Shown here in pieces: positions 19,880 to 30,524 of a DNA stretch of 64,000 nt. The notes beneath the pieces are model-generated. The model was given only the letters and a program-made list of their open reading frames with translations. It did no database searches and was not told the origin of the DNA. A program made the position numbers and the translations under genes. The DNA is from Planctomycetota bacterium (GTDB lineage Bacteria; Planctomycetota; UBA8108; SXIK01), in assembly GCA_965223265.1 (NCBI GenBank), contig OZ244999.1, positions 7,456,001 through 7,520,000 on the forward strand. Reading direction: 5' to 3'. Numbering within the stretch: position 1 is the stretch's first letter; every line of letters begins with the position of its first letter.

Positions 19880-21142
19880 ATGGCCGAGACAATTGACGTA
19901 GTGGAACAACTCAAGCGCGGAGCCGCCCTGGAGGGCGAAGATCTCGCAGAGATCCTCCTCGAAAAGACCGACATCGCGGGTGCTAAGTTGCGCTCATGCA
20001 ACCTCGAGCGCGCCCGTCTGATGGGCGCCAAGCTCACGTCGGCAGAGGTACGCCAATCGTGCCTCGACTGGGCGGATCTACGCTTTGCAGACCTCAGCGG
20101 CTCTGTCCTGAGCGAGTCGACGTTTCGAGCGTCCAAGGCGCTGAACGTCGACTTCAGCGGCGCAGCACTCGACTACGTTGACCTCTCGGAGGCGGAAGTC
20201 CACAAGGCCCGCATCGACAAGGCAGTCTTCACTGGTTCACGGTGGGTCGAAGCGATTGTTCAAGACGTAGACTTCGGCTCGGTTCGCGACATCTCCGGTG
20301 CTGACTTCGCCGAAGCGGATCTCGAGTCGATCCTGATGAACGGGCTCGCTCTCGAGGCGCTGTCGTTTCGCGACACACACCTGCGTCTCGTTTCCTTTCA
20401 TGGCAGCCGGCTCAGTAACGTCGATTTCACCGGTGCCCGACTCACTCGCACGACTTTCGAAAATGCCTCCTCCGAGGGTATCCTCTTCCGCGAAGCGCAT
20501 CTTGTGACGTGTAACTTCGTCCGATCGAAGCTCCGAGGCGCTGATTTTTCAGGCGGCCGGTTGGAATCGACGAGCTTCGCCGATGCGAACCTCGAAGGGA
20601 CGAACTTTCAGCGACTTCGCTGCGGCGATGGCTGCGACTTCGAGTCCGCTACGCTCGCCGACGCAAGATTCGACGAGGCGGCTCTCCAACGCGTCAACTT
20701 CAGCTCGGCGCGTCTGGTGCGGGCTCACTTCGCCGATGCGAACCTCTGCCAAGCGCAGCTGGAAGGCTGTGATCTGCAGAGAGCGACTTTCTGCGGATGC
20801 AACCTCGATCGCGCCTCGCTGCGAACAAGCGATCTCAAACTCTCGAATCTGCAAAAGGCGTCATGCCGCGAGACCGACTTCAGCGGTGCGACGCTGCGCG
20901 GCGCGCGACTGTGCGGCGTCGATCTTTCGACAGCTCGTGTCGACGGGACGGACCTTCGCGATAGCGAGCTCGAAGGTGCAACGTTCGCGATCGCGGGTCT
21001 CCGTCAGGCGAGGCTGCCCGACACAGCACGGCTCGCAGGTGCACTCGTGGTCGGCCGTGACGCCGAGCTCGGCGTCGACACCGACCAACCTCGCCGCGTC
21101 GACGTCGAGTTGGCTCGCCGGCTGATCTCACTTCAAGCCTGA
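19880..21142 (+). CDS. Pentapeptide-repeat protein
   Basis: Dozens of A(D/N)(L/F)xx repeats over about 370 aa. Confidence 0.93.
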   Translation: MAETIDVVEQLKRGAALEGEDLAEILLEKTDIAGAKLRSCNLERARLMGAKLTSAEVRQSCLDWADLRFADLSGSVLSESTFRASKALNVDFSGAALDYVDLSEAEVHKARIDKAVFTGSRWVEAIVQDVDFGSVRDISGADFAEADLESILMNGLALEALSFRDTHLRLVSFHGSRLSNVDFTGARLTRTTFENASSEGILFREAHLVTCNFVRSKLRGADFSGGRLESTSFADANLEGTNFQRLRCGDGCDFESATLADARFDEAALQRVNFSSARLVRAHFADANLCQAQLEGCDLQRATFCGCNLDRASLRTSDLKLSNLQKASCRETDFSGATLRGARLCGVDLSTARVDGTDLRDSELEGATFAIAGLRQARLPDTARLAGALVVGRDAELGVDTDQPRRVDVELARRLISLQA

Positions 21143-21205
21143 TCGCCTGCCGTCAGCGACTGCTCGCACGCGAGCCATGGGAAGTTTCCCCGCCGATCGC
21201 CAAGT

Positions 21206-22108
21206 TCAAGGCTGTAGAACAATCTTGGACGACGACTTGATCGACTGACTCACGGGCATGTCGCTGTTGGGCACCTTCATCTCCATCTGTAGACTCTGCG
21301 TCGCCTCCGACCTGACCAATCGTCCGGCGGCGGCGTCGAAGAGCACGTATCCTTCAGCGTCCTGGGAGATGATTTTGATTTCGACCGGCGCGTCGCCGGA
21401 CTTTTGAAAGCTGGTGACGAATTCAAGGTCGATCCGTTCGAATTTTCGGTCACTATCCTTCGGCGAAAAAGGCCCCTTGTAGGTCATGGTCATGTGGAGA
21501 TGAAGCGCGCCGCCTGGCACCGCAAGCTTGCGCGTCTCCGTCCAGGTGTCCCCTCGCTTCACAGGCTTCTCCGGTAGCCGCGGAGCGCTCATCATCTGCT
21601 TGAGCGCCTCCTCCGAGAAACCGGCTGCTGCGCCAGGCGCCGCCAGGGTCTCCTTCACTTCCTCAGGGACCACAAAGTCCGTCCGCTCGCCGCGAGCACT
21701 CATGGTGAACTCAAACGGCTGTGCCACCATCAACTTGAAAACCCTCATCAAGTTGCCAAGCGGGTTCTGAGGCAACTCCTCATCCTTCTGCGAGTCGTAA
21801 CTCACCGGCCCGAACGGTAGCTCGAAGTTGAGCCGCGAGCGCGTCACGGTCTGCGTCATCTTGGCAGATCCCTCCGTCACGTCTTTGACTTCGACGGTCG
21901 TGTCGAGAGTCATCTGCTGGGACGTCTTAATCGAGCCGACTGCGTCGCCGCTGACGGAGATCTCGTTTGTCTGCTCGAGACGATAGTCTGTCTTCTGCCC
22001 TTTCTCGAACTTGAATCTGAGCTCAGTCGTCTCGGCGGCCTGGAGTCCGGCGGCGACAACGACACCAAAGAGAAGAGTGATCGCGAAGCGGCGAAGCCGG
22101 CTGCTCAT
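21206..22108 (-). CDS. Secreted DUF6263-like protein
   Basis: Signal peptide, LRFKFEKG, YDS, LPEKPVKRGDTW, FDAAAGRL; SD CAGGAG before ATG 22108. Confidence 0.7.
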   Translation of the reverse strand: MSSRLRRFAITLLFGVVVAAGLQAAETTELRFKFEKGQKTDYRLEQTNEISVSGDAVGSIKTSQQMTLDTTVEVKDVTEGSAKMTQTVTRSRLNFELPFGPVSYDSQKDEELPQNPLGNLMRVFKLMVAQPFEFTMSARGERTDFVVPEEVKETLAAPGAAAGFSEEALKQMMSAPRLPEKPVKRGDTWTETRKLAVPGGALHLHMTMTYKGPFSPKDSDRKFERIDLEFVTSFQKSGDAPVEIKIISQDAEGYVLFDAAAGRLVRSEATQSLQMEMKVPNSDMPVSQSIKSSSKIVLQP

Positions 22109-22616
22109 GATGTTCTCCTGAGTCAAAGAGACGAGGTGCGCCGCGGGACAGCCCCCACAAAAGGCGCACGACCATAGAGTGAGACGCGCGAGCGGGCGAT
22201 TTGTTCGCGCTCTTCGAGTTTTTCTCGGACGATCGGCCGCTGCAGAAGGCTGATTCGGACGGCGCGAGGAGGCTCCCTAACGCGGTCCAGGACGGCTCAC
22301 GGAAGCTGGCCTGATCCGAATCCTTCCCGGTGCCTCCTGATCTTCCCGCCGATTCACACCGCCGTCAACCACCCGCCGACGCACGTTGAGGGAAACGCCG
22401 GGAAGTTCGTGCGGCCGGCACGAGATGGCTCAGTTCGAGTTAGCTCAGACGAGGGCTCAACGGAAGACGAATGATCGAGGCGCGTCCGCATCGCAAGAGT
22501 GCCTTTGGCTGCCTGTCAAGCTCGTTCTCGCACCGAACGACAAGCGATCTCAGGGCGCGGCAGCGTTCGCATCACGATTCTGGAAATACCGCGGCGAACC
22601 GTGTAAACCGGCCCTC

Positions 22617-25600
22617 ATGAAGGTGGTTTACAGCGTCGACGTCGCTCGTCTGGAATCGATGGTTGTCGATGCGGTCGCATCGCGGCCTCATGGCGGACTC
22701 GTCGACTCAATTCTCGTGCTGGCGCCGACGACAGCGCTCGTCGATGCACTGAAGGTGCGGATACTTGAAGCGACGCGCGCCGTCGTCGGCGCCCACATTA
22801 TGACGTTCCATAGGCTTTGCGAGCGCGCCATGGAGGTCGCCTTGGAGCCACCGCCGACTGTTCTCCCCGCCGCTGCCGAGCGCGCACTCCTGCGCCGACT
22901 GCTGCCTCAGAGTCCGTTATCCGGTGCTTCCGGTCAATCACCTTCGGCCGCGTCGTCTTCGGCGCCGTTGAGAAAGCCTTTCCTCGAGGCCTTGAGGACG
23001 ACGCTCCGAGACCTACGTGAAGCAAAGATCAGCGCCGCAGAGCTCACCGGCGTACAAGGGAAGACGGGCTTGGTCGGGACGTACCGTGCATTCGAGGCGA
23101 CGCTCCAGCGACTTGAATCCCTGGGCGTCTCCGACTACGCCGGACTTGTCCGCAAAGCGGCGCCACACGTCGGGAACTTTCTGACGCAAAAGCGCATCGT
23201 TCGTGTCATTCAATACGGTGCCTACGACCTGACGGAGATCAACGTCGAGCTGCTTCGATCCATCGACGCCTGTGTCGAAGTAGAGTTTTATTTGCCAACT
23301 GAGATCGATGGACCCGCCTACGCGCTGGCGCAAGACTTCACTCGTCGCCTCGAGACGCTCGGCGCGAGCATCTCGTCGGCATCGTTCGGTCGCGGCAGCC
23401 GTGTGCAGAGTTGGCGCCGAAGTCTCGGCTCGCTCTTCGACGATGGAGACGACAGGGACGCCACCCAGCGACAGAAGCGCACGCGACGCGAAGCTTCAGG
23501 CGAAGCGGGGAATGCGGCGCCGGTGACGCTCGATGACCTGCTCACCCGTGGTGGGCCGGCGCTGGAGCTGCGGCACAGCCAGGGCAACTTGCTCGAGCTC
23601 GAGGCAGCCGTGCTACGGGCGCTGTCGCTTCACGTCAAGGAAGACGTGGCGTGGCACGAGATCGCCATCGTCGCTCGCAGCTTGGAACCCTACGCGCCGT
23701 TTCTCAATCAACTCTGCACCCAGCACGGGGTACCGTACACAACGAGTGCCCGTGAGACCCTGAAACGCCGCGGCGCGGTGGCTGCGTTTCTCACCCTTCT
23801 ACGCCTGCTTTCGGGCGACTTCGAGCGTGCCGTCGTCATCGAAGTCCTGCGCTCCCCCTTCGTGGATTCCGGCGCCAGCGGCGGCGCTCTGCAAGTCACC
23901 GAGGCAGACATCGATCGGGTCGACCGTCTCAGCCGCGCGACGCGCCTCGTGCGCGGCGCGGCAGCGTGGTCTGAACTCCCTGCGCTCGTGGCGACGAACG
24001 CCGCGAAAGAGTCCACCGCCCGCCAAGATGACGTCGCGGCAGCGCAAAGTGTCGCAGCGCTCGTCGAAGACCTTGCGGCCGACGCCACCGAGTGGGCGGC
24101 CGCGGCCACGCTGGATGCGCAATGCGCCGCGATAAAAGACATCGCGGCGCGGTGGATTTCACCGCAGTGGCAAGGCGACCTCGTCGATGTTTTCGCGCAG
24201 CTCGATGCTGTGCGTCTCACGGTCATTAGTGGAGAGGGACGAAACCACGGGCCAGAACTGCAGTCTGCAGAAAGACACGATCATCACGACATCGGTGAAA
24301 GCGAGGGAGCAAGCGAGTCCCCATGCAGCCCTGTGGAGATGCTCTCGCTTCTCAGCGAAATCGCTGATGAGAAACTCGACCGCCAAGGCGCGCGAGCCGA
24401 AGCGGGTGTGCACATCCTTGATCTCATGCAACTGCGTGGCATGACTCATGAGGTCGTGATCTGGCTCGGATTCCATACTGGCTCGTTTCCGCGACTCGCC
24501 CGGCAAGACGCTTTTCTGCCTGACAGCGCGCGCCAGAACATCCGAACCAAGACTCATCGCCGTCTGCGGCTGGCGCGAGAAAGCGACGACGAAGAACGCC
24601 TGCTGCTGGCGACGACGTTGAGCGGTGCACGCCGGCGCCTAGTGGTGTCCTATCAGCGCGCCGATGACGCCGGTCGCAAACGGACGCGCTCGAGTGCGAT
24701 GCGTGAGATCGCACGCCTCTTTATTGGCAAGCCGGACAGTGTGCGCCTGCTCGAGGATGCGCCGTCAAACCCTTACCGGCCCGAACGCGTGCCGGTGCAC
24801 GTGGGAGAACGAGTTGGACGTTTCGCGCGCTCGTCAAACTTCGCGCTGTTGAACCCCGCGGCTGCCCTGGCGGGCGCCGCGGCCGTTGTGGATAGCCCTT
24901 GCGATGAGGTCGACGAACTGGCGGCGGACCTCACGCCGTGGCTCGATCTCGACTCCACACGATTGAGGACTGCGATCGAGTGGGTGCGGCGCGTGGAGCG
25001 TTTTCAGCCCCACCAAGAGAGCGCGGCGCTGGACGCATTGACGGAGCAGGGTGTCGGCGAAGAAGCCGAGATGTCGCCAACGGCACTCGAGCGTCTCGGC
25101 CGCTGTCCGCAGGCTTTCTTTCTCGAGCATGTGCTCGGCATCCACCGTCTTGACGATGAGCCAAAGGCGTATCGCATTGACCATCGCCTCCTCGGTTCTG
25201 CGGTTCACGACACTCTCGAGGCGCTCTACGATGATCTGCAGCGCCGTGGTTGGCCTCGCGAACGCGCGGTACCTGTGAGCGACGTCGTGGCTCAGGCCAC
25301 CAACGCATTGCCGGCGCTGTGGGAACAGAATCTGAGACGCTACAGCGGCCCGTCGCTTTGGCGTCTGCGTGGCCTGCGCGCGATCCTGCAGAAGGCGTGG
25401 CTGCAAGCGCTTCAATCCTTCGTCGAGGTCGATCTGGCAGCACTTTGTCGCGACAACATCGACGCGCTTGAGCTCGAAGCTGTGTGCCGCGGTACCATTG
25501 AGCTCAACACTACGACGCGGCTTCGCGTGCGAGGTCGACTCGATCGCCTGGCGCGGACAACGGCAGGATTCTCGATTACCGACTACAAGACGAGCGGTGA

Positions 25601-26054
25601 CCTTGGAGCCCGAGCCGCAAGTGCCAAGATTCTGCGCGGAGTCCATCTGCAGCTGCCGCTCTACCGCGAGTTGATCGCTTCCCTACGGCAGACGGACGTC
25701 GAAGGCGTCAGCGCGCAGCTCCTAGGAGTGGGCCCGGACTTCGATCGTGGCAAATCGCGCCGGGCTCACCTCAAGTGGGACGCATCGCTGCGGCGCGGAT
25801 TTCTCGACACGGTGAGCGCTCTGGTCGACCTGGCGCGTCGAGGCTATTTTCCACTGCAGCCTGATACAGACAGCTGCCGCTACTGCTCGTTTCGTCGCAC
25901 CTGCCGCAAAGACCACGCGCCAACGCGCGAGCGACTACGGAGCCATCCCGACCTGCAAAATTTCTTCGCGCTGCAGCTCAAATCCCCTGCCAAGCCGACA
26001 CTCGAAGACGTCCGTCGTGCCGAGCGCCGTGTGGAAGCGCAGCCGACGGCGTGA
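22617..26054 (+). CDS. AddB/RexB-like inactive helicase + PD-(D/E)XK nuclease with Fe-S cysteines
   Basis: TFHRL, IAIVARS, SPTALERLGRCPQAFF, GSAVH, RGRLDRL, DYKTS, LQLPLY, CRYCSFRRTC. Confidence 0.88.
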   Translation: MKVVYSVDVARLESMVVDAVASRPHGGLVDSILVLAPTTALVDALKVRILEATRAVVGAHIMTFHRLCERAMEVALEPPPTVLPAAAERALLRRLLPQSPLSGASGQSPSAASSSAPLRKPFLEALRTTLRDLREAKISAAELTGVQGKTGLVGTYRAFEATLQRLESLGVSDYAGLVRKAAPHVGNFLTQKRIVRVIQYGAYDLTEINVELLRSIDACVEVEFYLPTEIDGPAYALAQDFTRRLETLGASISSASFGRGSRVQSWRRSLGSLFDDGDDRDATQRQKRTRREASGEAGNAAPVTLDDLLTRGGPALELRHSQGNLLELEAAVLRALSLHVKEDVAWHEIAIVARSLEPYAPFLNQLCTQHGVPYTTSARETLKRRGAVAAFLTLLRLLSGDFERAVVIEVLRSPFVDSGASGGALQVTEADIDRVDRLSRATRLVRGAAAWSELPALVATNAAKESTARQDDVAAAQSVAALVEDLAADATEWAAAATLDAQCAAIKDIAARWISPQWQGDLVDVFAQLDAVRLTVISGEGRNHGPELQSAERHDHHDIGESEGASESPCSPVEMLSLLSEIADEKLDRQGARAEAGVHILDLMQLRGMTHEVVIWLGFHTGSFPRLARQDAFLPDSARQNIRTKTHRRLRLARESDDEERLLLATTLSGARRRLVVSYQRADDAGRKRTRSSAMREIARLFIGKPDSVRLLEDAPSNPYRPERVPVHVGERVGRFARSSNFALLNPAAALAGAAAVVDSPCDEVDELAADLTPWLDLDSTRLRTAIEWVRRVERFQPHQESAALDALTEQGVGEEAEMSPTALERLGRCPQAFFLEHVLGIHRLDDEPKAYRIDHRLLGSAVHDTLEALYDDLQRRGWPRERAVPVSDVVAQATNALPALWEQNLRRYSGPSLWRLRGLRAILQKAWLQALQSFVEVDLAALCRDNIDALELEAVCRGTIELNTTTRLRVRGRLDRLARTTAGFSITDYKTSGDLGARAASAKILRGVHLQLPLYRELIASLRQTDVEGVSAQLLGVGPDFDRGKSRRAHLKWDASLRRGFLDTVSALVDLARRGYFPLQPDTDSCRYCSFRRTCRKDHAPTRERLRSHPDLQNFFALQLKSPAKPTLEDVRRAERRVEAQPTA

Positions 26055-26086
26055 ACGAAGCGTGCTGCTTCACTTGCTGTCTCATT

Positions 26087-26262
26087 CAGAGGCGGAGGCA
26101 GAGGCAGAGACAGAGACAGAGGCGCGCGCCCACGGTCACGCTCGCGCTCGCGCACACGCTCACGCTCACGCACAGGCCAACAAGACCGGACGGCACACGG
26201 CGTGTGCCTGCTACTTTGGGAGAGGCCCACGCTCACGCTCACGCTCACGCAATCGCAATCGC
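26087..26262. repeat. GTAG-REP embedded in hexamer microsatellites
   Basis: (GAGGCA/GAGACA)n about 26088-26122; (CACGCT/CGCGCT)n about 26137-26171 and 26228-26262; REP with its conserved extension at 26181-26214 on the minus strand. Confidence 0.85.
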
Positions 26263-26288
26263 GCATGGCCTAGAACGAGTCCTGCGCC

Positions 26289-27299
26289 TCACTCGACGAC
26301 GTAAGGACATGCCACCGTCCGCCCGGCTTCAACAGGGACGAGCGCTGGACGTTCCTCGCGGCAATTCGGCTGGGCGATGGGACAGCGCGAATGGAAGCCA
26401 CACCCTGAGGGCTTCATGAGCGGCGTCGGGAGGTCGCCCTCGAGACGAATACGGTCGGCGCGTTCGCGGCGCGGATTGGGCTGTGGCACGGCCGACAGGA
26501 GTGCCTTGGCATAGGGATGCCGCGGCGACGTGTAGATCTGATCGGAGCCGCCGACCTCCGCGAACTCGCCGAGATACATGACGGCGATGCGGTCGCTGAC
26601 GTGGTGGACGACGCTGAGGTCGTGCGCGATAAAAAGATACGTCAGCTCAAACTCCTCCTGCAGCTCTGCCATCAGGTTGATCACCTGCGCTTGCACGGAG
26701 ACGTCCAGCGCGCTGACGGGTTCGTCCGCAATGATGAGCCGGGGACGCGTCGCCAGCGCCCGCGCGATGCCGATGCGTTGGCGCTGGCCACCTGAAAACT
26801 CGTGCGGGAAACGCGCCATGACGTCACCGCCGAGCCCGACGCGGTCGAGCACCATCGCGATCCTCGCCTGTCGCTCGCGCCGATTGAGCTGCGTGTGCAG
26901 CTTGAGCGGTCGATCGATGAGTCCACGCACCGTCATACGAGGGTTGAGGGACGAATATGGATCCTGAAAGATGAGCTGGATCTCGGCGCGATACGGCTTC
27001 ATGCGCCGGCGCCGCAGGCCGTTCAGGTCGACGACACCCGCACGGCTATGAAAGAGAATCTCACCTTCAAGATGCACATCGGGTGTCAACGCGCGAAGTA
27101 GGTTGGCGATGGCGCGACCAACTGTCGTCTTACCCGATCCCGATTCACCGACCAGACCGAGTGTCTCACCCTCGGCGAGATCGAACGACACGCCATCGAC
27201 CGCGCGCACCTCGGCAATCTTGTGGCGTAGCACACCGCCGTAGACCGGGAAGCCGACGCGCAGATTCTTCACTTCGAGGAGTGGCTGCTTCGCCGTCAT
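26289..27299 (-). CDS. Oligopeptide/dipeptide ABC ATP-binding subunit (OppF/AppF-like)
   Basis: [45 protein letters not shown]. Start ATG 27299 overlaps the upstream stop. Confidence 0.95.
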   Translation of the reverse strand: MTAKQPLLEVKNLRVGFPVYGGVLRHKIAEVRAVDGVSFDLAEGETLGLVGESGSGKTTVGRAIANLLRALTPDVHLEGEILFHSRAGVVDLNGLRRRRMKPYRAEIQLIFQDPYSSLNPRMTVRGLIDRPLKLHTQLNRRERQARIAMVLDRVGLGGDVMARFPHEFSGGQRQRIGIARALATRPRLIIADEPVSALDVSVQAQVINLMAELQEEFELTYLFIAHDLSVVHHVSDRIAVMYLGEFAEVGGSDQIYTSPRHPYAKALLSAVPQPNPRRERADRIRLEGDLPTPLMKPSGCGFHSRCPIAQPNCREERPALVPVEAGRTVACPYVVE

Positions 27300-28294
27300 G
27301 CGTCGCCTCCACTTTCGACGAGGTGACATCGCACCGCTCGACCGGGTGTGATTTCGCGCAGCTCCGGCTCCTCGCTGCGACAACGGTCGATGACATCCGG
27401 GCAGCGCGTACAGAACTTGCAGCCGCGCGGCAGCTCGAAGATCGACGGTACGTTGCCCTCGATCGTCGGCAGCGGTCTCCCGCGCTCGGCCTTGCTCGGA
27501 ATGCTGCGCAGCAGCCCCTGCGTGTACGGATGCAGCGGCGCATCGAAGAGCTCCGTGACCGATGCCATCTCCTGCACCTTGCCGCCGTACATGACGAGAA
27601 CGCGGTGGCACGTCTCGGCAACGACGGCGAGATCATGCGTGATCAGGATGATCGATGCCTCCTGACGTTCGATCTGCAGATCCCGCATGAGGTCGAGAAT
27701 CTGTGCCTGAATTGTGACGTCGAGGGCCGTGGTCGGTTCGTCCGCAATCAAGATAGCCGGCTGTGAGATCAGCGCCATGGCGATCATAACGCGTTGGCGC
27801 ATGCCGCCCGAGAACTGGTGCGGGTAGTCGCGCATACGTTTTTTGGCGTCGGGGATGCCGACGCGCTCGAGCATGTCGATGGCGCGCGCTTCAGCCTGCA
27901 CCTTGTCGACGTCCTCGTGATGGAGAAGCGCTTCGGTTACCTGATAGCCGATCGTGAAGACTGGATTGAGCGACGTCATCGGTTCCTGAAAGATCATCGA
28001 GATCTCTTTGCCGCGCACTTCCCGCATAGCGTCGTAGTCGAGCTCGAGCAGGTTACGGCCGCGGAGCAGGATCTCACCCGCGGCGATCTTCCCCGGTGGA
28101 TCGGGGATCAGCCGCAAGACGGAAAGCGCCGTCACGGACTTGCCAGATCCGGACTCGCCAACAATGCCGAGGACCTCGTCGGGAAAGACGCTGAAGCTGA
28201 CGCCGTCGACCGCCCACGCCTTGCGTCCGTCGACGTCGAACGACGTCCGCAGGTCGCGCACTTCAAGGATCGGTTCGGGAGGATTCTTGCTCAT
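27296..28294 (-). CDS. Oligopeptide ABC ATP-binding subunit (OppD/DppD-like)
   Basis: [39 protein letters not shown]. Confidence 0.95.
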   Translation of the reverse strand: MSKNPPEPILEVRDLRTSFDVDGRKAWAVDGVSFSVFPDEVLGIVGESGSGKSVTALSVLRLIPDPPGKIAAGEILLRGRNLLELDYDAMREVRGKEISMIFQEPMTSLNPVFTIGYQVTEALLHHEDVDKVQAEARAIDMLERVGIPDAKKRMRDYPHQFSGGMRQRVMIAMALISQPAILIADEPTTALDVTIQAQILDLMRDLQIERQEASIILITHDLAVVAETCHRVLVMYGGKVQEMASVTELFDAPLHPYTQGLLRSIPSKAERGRPLPTIEGNVPSIFELPRGCKFCTRCPDVIDRCRSEEPELREITPGRAVRCHLVESGGDA

Positions 28295-28342
28295 AGGTCG
28301 AGTCAGGGCGTAACGGTAACGATCGGCTCGAGCTGAACCGCG

Positions 28343-29464
28343 TCAGCGCAAACGCGAATACTCCTTGGGATCAAAGCTCTCGCGGATCGCTTCGCCGATC
28401 AGTACGACGAGGAGAAGCGTGGTGAACATGGCACCGAGCGGAAAGACAACCAAGTGCCACTTGAAGATGTGCGCCAAGCCTTGCCCCACGAGCTCACCCC
28501 AGCTCGGCGTCGGCGGACGCAATCCGAAACCGAGGAAGTCGAGCGCCACCAGCGAGCTGATCGAACCGACGAGCGCAAAGGGCGCGAAGCTGATGATCGG
28601 CGTCAGCGCGTTCGGAAAGATATGCCGCAGCATCACTGAGAGATTCGACTCGCCTTGCGCAATCGCTGCGGCGGTGTAGTCCTTCGCCTTTTCGCGATAG
28701 AACTCACCGCGCATGTAGAAGCTGATGCCGACCCAGCTGAACAGTGCAAGAATCGCGACAAGAAGCCACAGCGTCGGTTTGACGATCGCGCTGACGATCA
28801 TCACCGTATAGAGAAACGGGAGCCCAGCCCAAATCTCGACGAGCCGTTGACCATAGATGTCGATGCGGCCACCAAAAAACCCCAGGCAAGCGCCGACGCA
28901 GCTGCCGAGAAGATACGTCAGGCAAACCACGGCGATCCCGAACGTCATCGAGAGCCGAAAGCCGTACGCCAGACGGGCGAAAACGTCGCGGCCGCGGTCG
29001 TCCGTCCCCATCCAGTGTCCGAGGCTCGGCGGGTGCGGCGGATTCCCGGGCAGCTCGCGCAGGAGTGACTCGTTCGGATGAAACGGGTAGGGCGCAAGGA
29101 GCACCCAATTGTCTCCACCGGCGTCGCGAAACTCCTCCTGCAGCTGACGGTAGTTCGCCTCACCGATGCGCCGCTGCCCGAAGGAGCGAGCCTCGTAATG
29201 AGTTCCGAGCGCCGGGAAGAAATAGTCGCCCTCATACTTGACGATGAGCGCACGGCTGTTGATCAGCAGCGGCAGAAAAAAACTGACGACATAGAGGCCG
29301 GCGAGAAACAAAAACGCATACCAGCCGCGCTTGAGCGTGCGAAACTTGCGCCAGCGTCGACGGAGGACCGAGATCGACTTCTCGGGCGCCCGCTGCGGCG
29401 GCACTTGTTCGGTTGATTCAGCGCTGGGCTGTGTGGCTTCGTTCACGGTCGCTGTCAGTTGCAA
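28343..29464 (-). CDS. Peptide ABC permease (YejE/OppC-like)
   Basis: GTDDRGRDVFARLAYGFR, ALDFLGFGL, PSWGEL. Confidence 0.93.
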   Translation of the reverse strand: MQLTATVNEATQPSAESTEQVPPQRAPEKSISVLRRRWRKFRTLKRGWYAFLFLAGLYVVSFFLPLLINSRALIVKYEGDYFFPALGTHYEARSFGQRRIGEANYRQLQEEFRDAGGDNWVLLAPYPFHPNESLLRELPGNPPHPPSLGHWMGTDDRGRDVFARLAYGFRLSMTFGIAVVCLTYLLGSCVGACLGFFGGRIDIYGQRLVEIWAGLPFLYTVMIVSAIVKPTLWLLVAILALFSWVGISFYMRGEFYREKAKDYTAAAIAQGESNLSVMLRHIFPNALTPIISFAPFALVGSISSLVALDFLGFGLRPPTPSWGELVGQGLAHIFKWHLVVFPLGAMFTTLLLVVLIGEAIRESFDPKEYSRLR

Positions 29465-29467
29465 AGA

Positions 29468-30502
29468 CTAGTGGAATCGGATGCGGGGGTCGACCAAAAC
29501 GTAAAGGACATCGCTGAGAATGTTCCCCACGAGAACGAGGAGCGTGTTGATGACGAGAACGCCCATGACGACGGCGTAGTCTCGCTCAATGATCGACGTG
29601 TAGCCGAGGTAGCCGATGCCATCGATGTTGAAGACGCGCTCGATCAGATAGCTGCCGGCCATGATGATGCTGATCGCGTGCCCGAGCCCCGTGCAGATCG
29701 GGATGAGCGAATTGCGGAGGCCGTGGACAAAAATCACGCGCCGTTCGGAGAGTCCCTTGGCGAATGCCGTGCGGATGTAGTCCTGGCCAAAGTTCTCCAT
29801 GAGCGAGTTTTTCGTCAACACGGTGAGCGATGCGAAGCTGCCGACGGCGTAGCAAAGGACCGGCAAGATCGTGTGGTGCAGCTGATCGAGGATCTTGTCG
29901 ACGAGTCCAAGCTCGGCCCAGTTCTCGCTACGAAAACCGCCGAGCGGCACGAGGTCGAAGAAGCTGCCGCCGCCGAAGAGAACGAGCAGGACCGCGCCGA
30001 GTGCCCAGCCCGGGATCGAATAGCCGACGAAGATGAGCACGCTCGAAGCGAAATCGAAGACCCCTCCGTGGCGGATCGCCTTGAAGACTCCGAGCGGGAT
30101 GCAGACGAGATAGGCGAGTGAAAACCCGATGAGACCGAAGTACATACTGATCGGAAAGCGCGCCACGATGACGTCGATAACGGGCACGTTGTACTTGTAC
30201 GACTTGCCGAGGTCGAGGCGGACGACGTCCCAAAGCCAGAGCACGTAGGCGTGATACCACGCCTTGTCGAAATGGTAGTGGCGCTCGAGATCCTCGAGGA
30301 GCTCTTCCGGAATGCCGCCGACGAGCGTCTCGGTTGCACCTCCACCGCTGGCGCCCGCTTCCACTGCCCCCATCTGCATGCGCGCGATCATCTGCTCGAT
30401 CGGTCCACCGGGCACGAACCGCGTGATGGCAAAGACGAGCACGGTAATCCCAAGGAAGGTCGGGATCATGAGGAGGAGACGGCGAAGGAAATATGCAGCC
30501 AT
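29468..30502 (-). CDS. Peptide ABC permease (YejB/OppB-like)
   Basis: YFLRRLLLMIPT, FVPGGPIEQ, TAFAKGL, VDPRIRF. Confidence 0.93.
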   Translation of the reverse strand: MAAYFLRRLLLMIPTFLGITVLVFAITRFVPGGPIEQMIARMQMGAVEAGASGGGATETLVGGIPEELLEDLERHYHFDKAWYHAYVLWLWDVVRLDLGKSYKYNVPVIDVIVARFPISMYFGLIGFSLAYLVCIPLGVFKAIRHGGVFDFASSVLIFVGYSIPGWALGAVLLVLFGGGSFFDLVPLGGFRSENWAELGLVDKILDQLHHTILPVLCYAVGSFASLTVLTKNSLMENFGQDYIRTAFAKGLSERRVIFVHGLRNSLIPICTGLGHAISIIMAGSYLIERVFNIDGIGYLGYTSIIERDYAVVMGVLVINTLLVLVGNILSDVLYVLVDPRIRFH

Positions 30503-30524
30503 GGAAGCTCGTAGCTAGCCGTTT

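Noticed and set aside
22420-22470. tRNA-like TAGCTCAG / GTTCGA motifs
   Set aside because: The motifs are in the wrong order and no cloverleaf or acceptor stem can be built.
26051-26419. ORF overlapping the addB-like stop as an addA remnant
   Set aside because: The translation is low-complexity (RQRQ, HAHA) from the microsatellites, has no helicase motifs and overlaps the convergent ABC gene.
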